64,000 nucleotides of DNA, taken from Candidatus Latescibacterota bacterium (lineage in GTDB: Bacteria > Latescibacterota > UBA2968). A model generated the notes under the pieces. That model was not told the origin of the DNA and ran no database searches. It saw only the letters and a list, made by a program, of their open reading frames with translations. This document shows positions 59,288 to 64,000 of this stretch, piece after piece. Position numbers and translations under genes: made by a program. Within the stretch, counting starts at the first letter, position 1; each line of letters begins with the position of its first letter. The stretch spans positions 2,976,001 to 3,040,000 of the forward strand of contig OZ242195.1 of NCBI GenBank assembly GCA_965205975.1. The letters run 5' to 3'.

Positions 59288-60485
59288 AATTTCTTGCCTC
59301 TAACCGCAACCGCTTTGCCTCCGTGCGGATCTTATCCATCTCCATCTTCATCCGCACAATACCCTCCCAATGCGTATAATCTGGCGAATGGTGATACGCC
59401 GCCTTAAACGTGGTCGCGTGATAAAACTTGAACAACCTGAAAAACGCCTGTTCAATCTCCGATGTATTTTCGTACAATTGCTGCCCACCCATTTCAAAAG
59501 CGTGCCCAACCACTGGATTCGCCGGACGGTCTTCGGGCATGGGATCCAGCGCATTTTCGTCGTACAACGCCTTAATCAACGCATAAGACTCCGCAACCAG
59601 CGCGTCTGCCTCGCGCTTAATCGCATCTGCACGCTCGAGGCTCTCGCGAGAAAACCGATTGGAATGACACGGCGCACACACCTGCAACATCGCATTCCGA
59701 TTCGCTTCAAACTCCTCTTTCGTCAACCGCTTCATCGCCAGATGCGGCAGAAAATCCTCCTCGAGCGCGGCACCCGTAAACACCGCACCCAACCCGATAT
59801 TGGGCACATGCCCGTGATCGCCATTGGGCATGTGGCACGTCACGCAACTCGGCGACTTCTCGGCATCTCTATCATTATAATATAGAACACCGTGAATACT
59901 CGTTTTATACGCCTCCATCACGGGATGGTCCGGACCGCCGTGACAAACGGCACAGGCCTCGGGTTCTCGCGCAAGCGCAGCACTAAATTCATGACTCGGA
60001 TGACAGGTATTGCACCCCCCCACGCTACCATCGGCAAACCGGGCACCAATGCTGTGACACCCCATACACCCCTCTTCTTGCATCGCGCGCGACTGCGCCA
60101 AAAAACGCGCATCCGACAACGCGGCCAGTTCTGCATCGGCATGCCCGCTCTCTGCAAATGCCTCGACCTCTTCTGCATGGCATTTACCACACATACCCGC
60201 CGACACCTGTCCCCGAACAGCAAAAACCGTCTCGTGGTTCTCCCCATGACAATCCGCACACCCCACATTGGCTCGAAAATGGGCACTCTCTCGCCACTGT
60301 TTGTCCATGCCCGGATCGATATTCCGATGGCATCCTTCGCACGACTGGTCACTCTGGATACGCCACAAAAAAACCGGATGTTCAACAAACTGAACCGCCT
60401 CCTCGGGCTGCAAAAAATAAAACACACCAAAGGCGCAACCCAATACCAGCACGCCAACACCGACAATTTTCATCCAGACCTTCAC
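59274..60485 (-). CDS. Membrane-anchored octaheme cytochrome c, hydroxylamine oxidoreductase family
   Basis: Eight CxxCH (CEGCH, CADCH, CGKCH, CMGCH, CNTCH, CAVCH, CVTCH, CAPCH); HEFS..LAREPEAC..CHGGPDHP, S.HG, HHSPDYTHWEG. Confidence 0.85.
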   Translation of the reverse strand: MKVWMKIVGVGVLVLGCAFGVFYFLQPEEAVQFVEHPVFLWRIQSDQSCEGCHRNIDPGMDKQWRESAHFRANVGCADCHGENHETVFAVRGQVSAGMCGKCHAEEVEAFAESGHADAELAALSDARFLAQSRAMQEEGCMGCHSIGARFADGSVGGCNTCHPSHEFSAALAREPEACAVCHGGPDHPVMEAYKTSIHGVLYYNDRDAEKSPSCVTCHMPNGDHGHVPNIGLGAVFTGAALEEDFLPHLAMKRLTKEEFEANRNAMLQVCAPCHSNRFSRESLERADAIKREADALVAESYALIKALYDENALDPMPEDRPANPVVGHAFEMGGQQLYENTSEIEQAFFRLFKFYHATTFKAAYHHSPDYTHWEGIVRMKMEMDKIRTEAKRLRLEARNSTTD

Positions 60486-60527
60486 AATTCACGCCCTTCC
60501 AATTAGGCCCCCTTCCTACCCCAAAAT

Positions 60528-60624
60528 GCAACCACCGATGAACACAGATGAACACGGATGGACACGCTTCTACTTCGTGTACCTTCGTGTCGTGAACTGC
60601 TATCGCAGTTGTACCCCGTTCCGT
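60528..60624 (-). repeat. Decamer repeat array, CTTCGTGT repeat and 32-nt hairpin element
   Basis: gcaaccaccgatgaacacagatgaacacggat; 60593-60624 matches the reverse complement of 22629-22660 at 29/32 nt. Confidence 0.8.
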
Positions 60625-60637
60625 GAATTAACTGCGT

Positions 60638-63439
60638 CTATTCACTCAATTCGCGCAACAAATCGCGCGCCTGCACATTGCCCGGCTCTCGCGCAATCAC
60701 GCGCCGCAAAACCGCAACCGCGCTATCTCGCTGTCCACTTATGGCATAAGCCTGTCCCATAAACAACTCCAATCCCTGCGCTTCTGGCTCCAGTATCCAC
60801 GCTTGCCGATATACAGACAGCGCACCTTCTATATCGCCGCGCTCCTGTAAAACCGTACCCAGCACAGTAAGCGCGGGCACATAAAAAGGATCGACAATCA
60901 ACGCATCCAGCAAAAGGGATTCCGCAGCCTCTAACTCGCCCAAATCAGCGCGAATAAGCCCCTGCATCGCATACACATCAGCGCGGTTGGCATGGTATTT
61001 CACCGCAACCTCAAAATGCGGCAACGCATCTGCGAGCGCACCCCGCACATAAACGCGGTGCCCGGCGTCAAAAGCCGAATCCGATTTTGCTTTCCCCGCT
61101 TCTCGCGCCTGCCTGCCCAATCCAAACGATCCCGTACCCGCATCCTCCATTTCCAACGCCCTGTGGTATGCCGCGCGCGCCAATGCCCAATCGCCCGACA
61201 GCGCGTGTGCAGTCCCTCTTTCCACCCAATCGCCTATCGGCATCTCATCCCACTCATAATCATCGCGCACCTCGCCATCCCCAGCCGAAAACGCCAATAA
61301 CGCGAGTTGTCGAATCGCTGGCACGTATCCCGGCGCAACAGCAAGTGCGCGGCGATAGGCTTCAATAGCACCTGCGCGATCCCCACTGCCCCACCGCGCA
61401 TCCCCCACAGCCGTCTGCAAAACCGGCGAACCATCGCGCACATCGTCAAAAGCCGTATCTGCATAGCGCCCATGGTGCAACAGCAATGCACCTGTGCGCA
61501 ACCGGGAAGTCAAATCGCTCTTCCCCTTCAGCAAACCCCTCATCTCCTCAAAACGCTCCTGTTTTCGCGCCAATCGCGCCAGATCCGCCGCGGTCTCCGG
61601 GTGCAGGGGATCTAACTTCGCAACAATCTCAAATTCCCGCCTCGCATCTTCAAAAAGCCCCTGCGCTTCATAGACCTGCCCCAAACTCTCGTGAAAACCC
61701 GGATCATCGCCCTGCACGCCATACACCACATCGCGATGCTCCTCAAGTGCCCTGCGAAACGCATCGCCCACAGCAGAACCATCCGGCAAATAGCCAATAT
61801 CCATCAGCGCGAACGGTGCTTGCACCCGCACAATACGCGCCGAATCGGACAACGCATTCAAAAGCGCGGGCAAACCGCGCACATCGCCCAAACGCCCCAG
61901 CGAAATCGCCGCCTTCATCCGCACCATCGCATGTGAGTCATCCATCGCCTCAACCAGCGCCGGCACCACACGCGCATCCCCCAAACCGCCCAGCAAAGAC
62001 GCAGCCGCTGCGCGCCACACCGCACTCTCACCCCCGTCGTTTACCAACCGCGCCAACGGCACCACACCACTGCCCTTTTGCCCATTGGCAATCGCTGTTG
62101 TACGCGCCACAATTTCGTCCTGATAATCGCCATACCACTGCTTTGCCCACGACGAAGCCCATTGTGCGGACTTATCGCCGTGACACTGATTGCACGCATT
62201 GGGCACGCCATTGACCACCGTATTTTCCGGTGCAGGAGATGCAATGCGATGATCCGTCAGATTCTCTCCCGTCACATAGTGATACGGCATGTGACACTGC
62301 ACGCATTGATTGCCCACACTCCCCGCGCGGTGATGCCCATGCGCGACCGGATCGGCTGCAATGTCTTCATGACACGTCTCGCACAACCCCACGCCATTCC
62401 GATCCGCCACCAGATCGACATCGCGCGCTGTTCCGTGCGCGTCGTGGCATGTCGTACACGTCAACTCGCCCTGAATATAACACGCACTCATCAAATGCAA
62501 TGCTGCGGGATACAAATAAACCCTGGGCTGTCCATCGGGATAAAAAATCGCCTCGTCATCTGGCAACACAAGAGAATAATAATCGTAAAAGTTCTCACCT
62601 GGCAAATACCCGGTCGCCACAATTTCCTTGGCCGCATGACACTGGGCACACACCTCGACAGACCGTTCCTTATCCAGCGACCGCAATAACAGCAAATGCA
62701 ACGGGGCATTGACCTGTCCGCGCGTCTCATCGTGTTTGCCCGACGGCCCATGGCACGCCTCGCAATCAATACTCAGACTACCCACAGTCGTGCGATAAGA
62801 CTGGGACGCCACATCGTAATGCTTTTGCACCCGGCTGGCATGGCAATCAAAACAGTGAAAATTCCAGGTGCGTCCCGCATTCGTCCAATAATAATAATCT
62901 TCTCTCGCCAAAGGCCGCGACTGAGCCACCACACCTCCTTCTTGAGCATCGACCCAATCATTTGTCGCGCCATCGTGATACAGAGGCAACACCTGCCAAC
63001 GCCCATTGGGAAAAGCCGTCAAATAAGCCTGGTGCTGCCGCTTGCCAATCGCGTAATCCACGCGGTATGCTCCAACGCGCCCTTCCTCATCTTCAGTCTC
63101 CATATAATACGCACCATCCTTGCGAAACATACGCGAACGCACACCGCCATACACATGGGACACATTGTCAAAATCGCCCACAATCGTCGAATCACTCGGC
63201 ACAGTCATCGCGACACTGTGCAAACTCTGCCGCCACTCGGCATACTTGTCGGTATGGCAGATCGCGCACCGTTCCAACCCGGTAAACCCCGGCTCAGAAG
63301 CGCGCACCAAATTGGGCACCTCGCGCTCCCGGCTGCACGACGCAAACACCAGAATCACCCATAAAAAGCAACCACAGATGAACACCGATAAACACCGATA
63401 AAAAGCAAGATACAAGATGTGAAATTTTCTGCACCGCAT
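60638..63439 (-). CDS. Octaheme cytochrome c with HEAT and TPR repeats, probable lipoprotein
   Basis: Eight CxxCH (CAICH, CFDCH, CEACH, CAQCH, CTTCH, CETCH, CVQCH, CNQCH), LVFASC lipobox, HEAT (VRMKAAISLGRLGD), C-terminal TPRs. Confidence 0.88.
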   Translation of the reverse strand: MRCRKFHILYLAFYRCLSVFICGCFLWVILVFASCSREREVPNLVRASEPGFTGLERCAICHTDKYAEWRQSLHSVAMTVPSDSTIVGDFDNVSHVYGGVRSRMFRKDGAYYMETEDEEGRVGAYRVDYAIGKRQHQAYLTAFPNGRWQVLPLYHDGATNDWVDAQEGGVVAQSRPLAREDYYYWTNAGRTWNFHCFDCHASRVQKHYDVASQSYRTTVGSLSIDCEACHGPSGKHDETRGQVNAPLHLLLLRSLDKERSVEVCAQCHAAKEIVATGYLPGENFYDYYSLVLPDDEAIFYPDGQPRVYLYPAALHLMSACYIQGELTCTTCHDAHGTARDVDLVADRNGVGLCETCHEDIAADPVAHGHHRAGSVGNQCVQCHMPYHYVTGENLTDHRIASPAPENTVVNGVPNACNQCHGDKSAQWASSWAKQWYGDYQDEIVARTTAIANGQKGSGVVPLARLVNDGGESAVWRAAAASLLGGLGDARVVPALVEAMDDSHAMVRMKAAISLGRLGDVRGLPALLNALSDSARIVRVQAPFALMDIGYLPDGSAVGDAFRRALEEHRDVVYGVQGDDPGFHESLGQVYEAQGLFEDARREFEIVAKLDPLHPETAADLARLARKQERFEEMRGLLKGKSDLTSRLRTGALLLHHGRYADTAFDDVRDGSPVLQTAVGDARWGSGDRAGAIEAYRRALAVAPGYVPAIRQLALLAFSAGDGEVRDDYEWDEMPIGDWVERGTAHALSGDWALARAAYHRALEMEDAGTGSFGLGRQAREAGKAKSDSAFDAGHRVYVRGALADALPHFEVAVKYHANRADVYAMQGLIRADLGELEAAESLLLDALIVDPFYVPALTVLGTVLQERGDIEGALSVYRQAWILEPEAQGLELFMGQAYAISGQRDSAVAVLRRVIAREPGNVQARDLLRELSE
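63363..63417 (-). repeat. Decamer repeat element inside the 5' end of the cytochrome ORF
   Basis: Minus strand tcttgtatcttgctttttatcggtgtttatcggtgttcatctgtggttgc, near-identical to 24692-24741. Confidence 0.85.
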
Positions 63440-63451
63440 AACACGTCCTGA

Positions 63452-64000
63452 CTAACGCGCCTGTACCTCTCCCCGCGCACACCGAAACCCAATATGGGCA
63501 AATATTTCGATATCAAAATCGTCGCGCGCCAGAGCTCGCTCTTCCATAATTAAAACCGTACTCCGCACAAATACGCGGATACTGGGTTGTGGTGAAAACC
63601 AACTCCCACCGCGAAGCGTGCGATCTGGCCCATCTTCCATACCCGAATTTTGCAAATTCACCGGATTGTGCCTGGGGCTATTTGCGTAATACGTATGCTG
63701 GTATTCATCCACCGTCCACTCCCACACATTGCCCGCCATATCCATCGCGCCATAAGGACTTGCACCATCTGGATAGCTGCCCACAGGCATGGGACCCGAA
63801 CTGAAATTGAAATTACACAGCGATTCACTCGCAGGCTCATTGCCCCAGGGAAACACGCGCCCATCCGTACCTGCAGCGGCCAACTCCCACTGCGCTTCAC
63901 TCGGCAATTGCAAACCCGCCCACAGGCAATAATCCCGCGCCTGAGACCACAAAACCCCCACCGCTGGCTGATCGGCTTGATCAAACCCCTCTAATCGAAA
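63452..64000 (-). CDS. FGE/SUMF1-fold protein, 5' end outside the window
   Basis: LPSEAQWE.AA, FPWG, DMAGNVWEW, RGGSW, GFRC; frame is open to position 64000. Confidence 0.9.
   Translation of the reverse strand, partial: FRLEGFDQADQPAVGVLWSQARDYCLWAGLQLPSEAQWELAAAGTDGRVFPWGNEPASESLCNFNFSSGPMPVGSYPDGASPYGAMDMAGNVWEWTVDEYQHTYYANSPRHNPVNLQNSGMEDGPDRTLRGGSWFSPQPSIRVFVRSTVLIMEERALARDDFDIEIFAHIGFRCARGEVQAR

Noticed and set aside
63452..64000. FGE-fold gene as a diversity-generating retroelement target
   Set aside because: No reverse transcriptase and no template-repeat copy of its 3' end seen in this window; cannot be excluded beyond the edge.

Overview
Gene-dense, mostly minus-strand bacterial chromosome segment from a diderm heterotroph. 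PorV/CTD/TonB genes, sulfatases, PhyH, CehA and ankyrin genes suggest an FCB-superphylum lineage such as Latescibacterota or Gemmatimonadota; this is inference only. Main blocks: (1) 3.6-13.5 kb envelope-lipid cluster (flippase-like protein, TolC, NTP-transferase/CDP-alcohol phosphotransferase fusion, MlaC-like protein, MMPL, an internally duplicated membrane protein, GMC oxidoreductase) with candidate sigma54 and sigma70 promoters. (2) 16.7-26.7 kb catabolic run (two sulfatases, CehA/McbA, iolD, PhyH, SGNH-like, acyltransferase) punctuated by short tandem-repeat and hairpin elements, with iolD bracketed by two direct copies of a ~95-nt element. (3) AT-rich 26.7-29.2 kb island: an unannotated orphan HicB-like ORF and a type II R-M system whose endonuclease is fused to an XRE HTH, with a palindromic operator on the methylase -10 box. 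(4) Stand-alone infA with an Arg/Gly tail, assorted enzymes, HigBA, a DUF6883/DUF4926 pair and two ABC systems. (5) Fucose-isomerase-like/Gfo/uxuA operon. (6) A SusD-less operon of OMP, TonB receptor (broken by two +1 frameshifts), T9SS-CTD-like protein and PorV. (7) FGE-fold protein and two octaheme cytochromes, one HAO-like. No rRNA, tRNA, CRISPR array, transposase or integrase was recognised. All calls are from reading motifs by eye; no searches were run.
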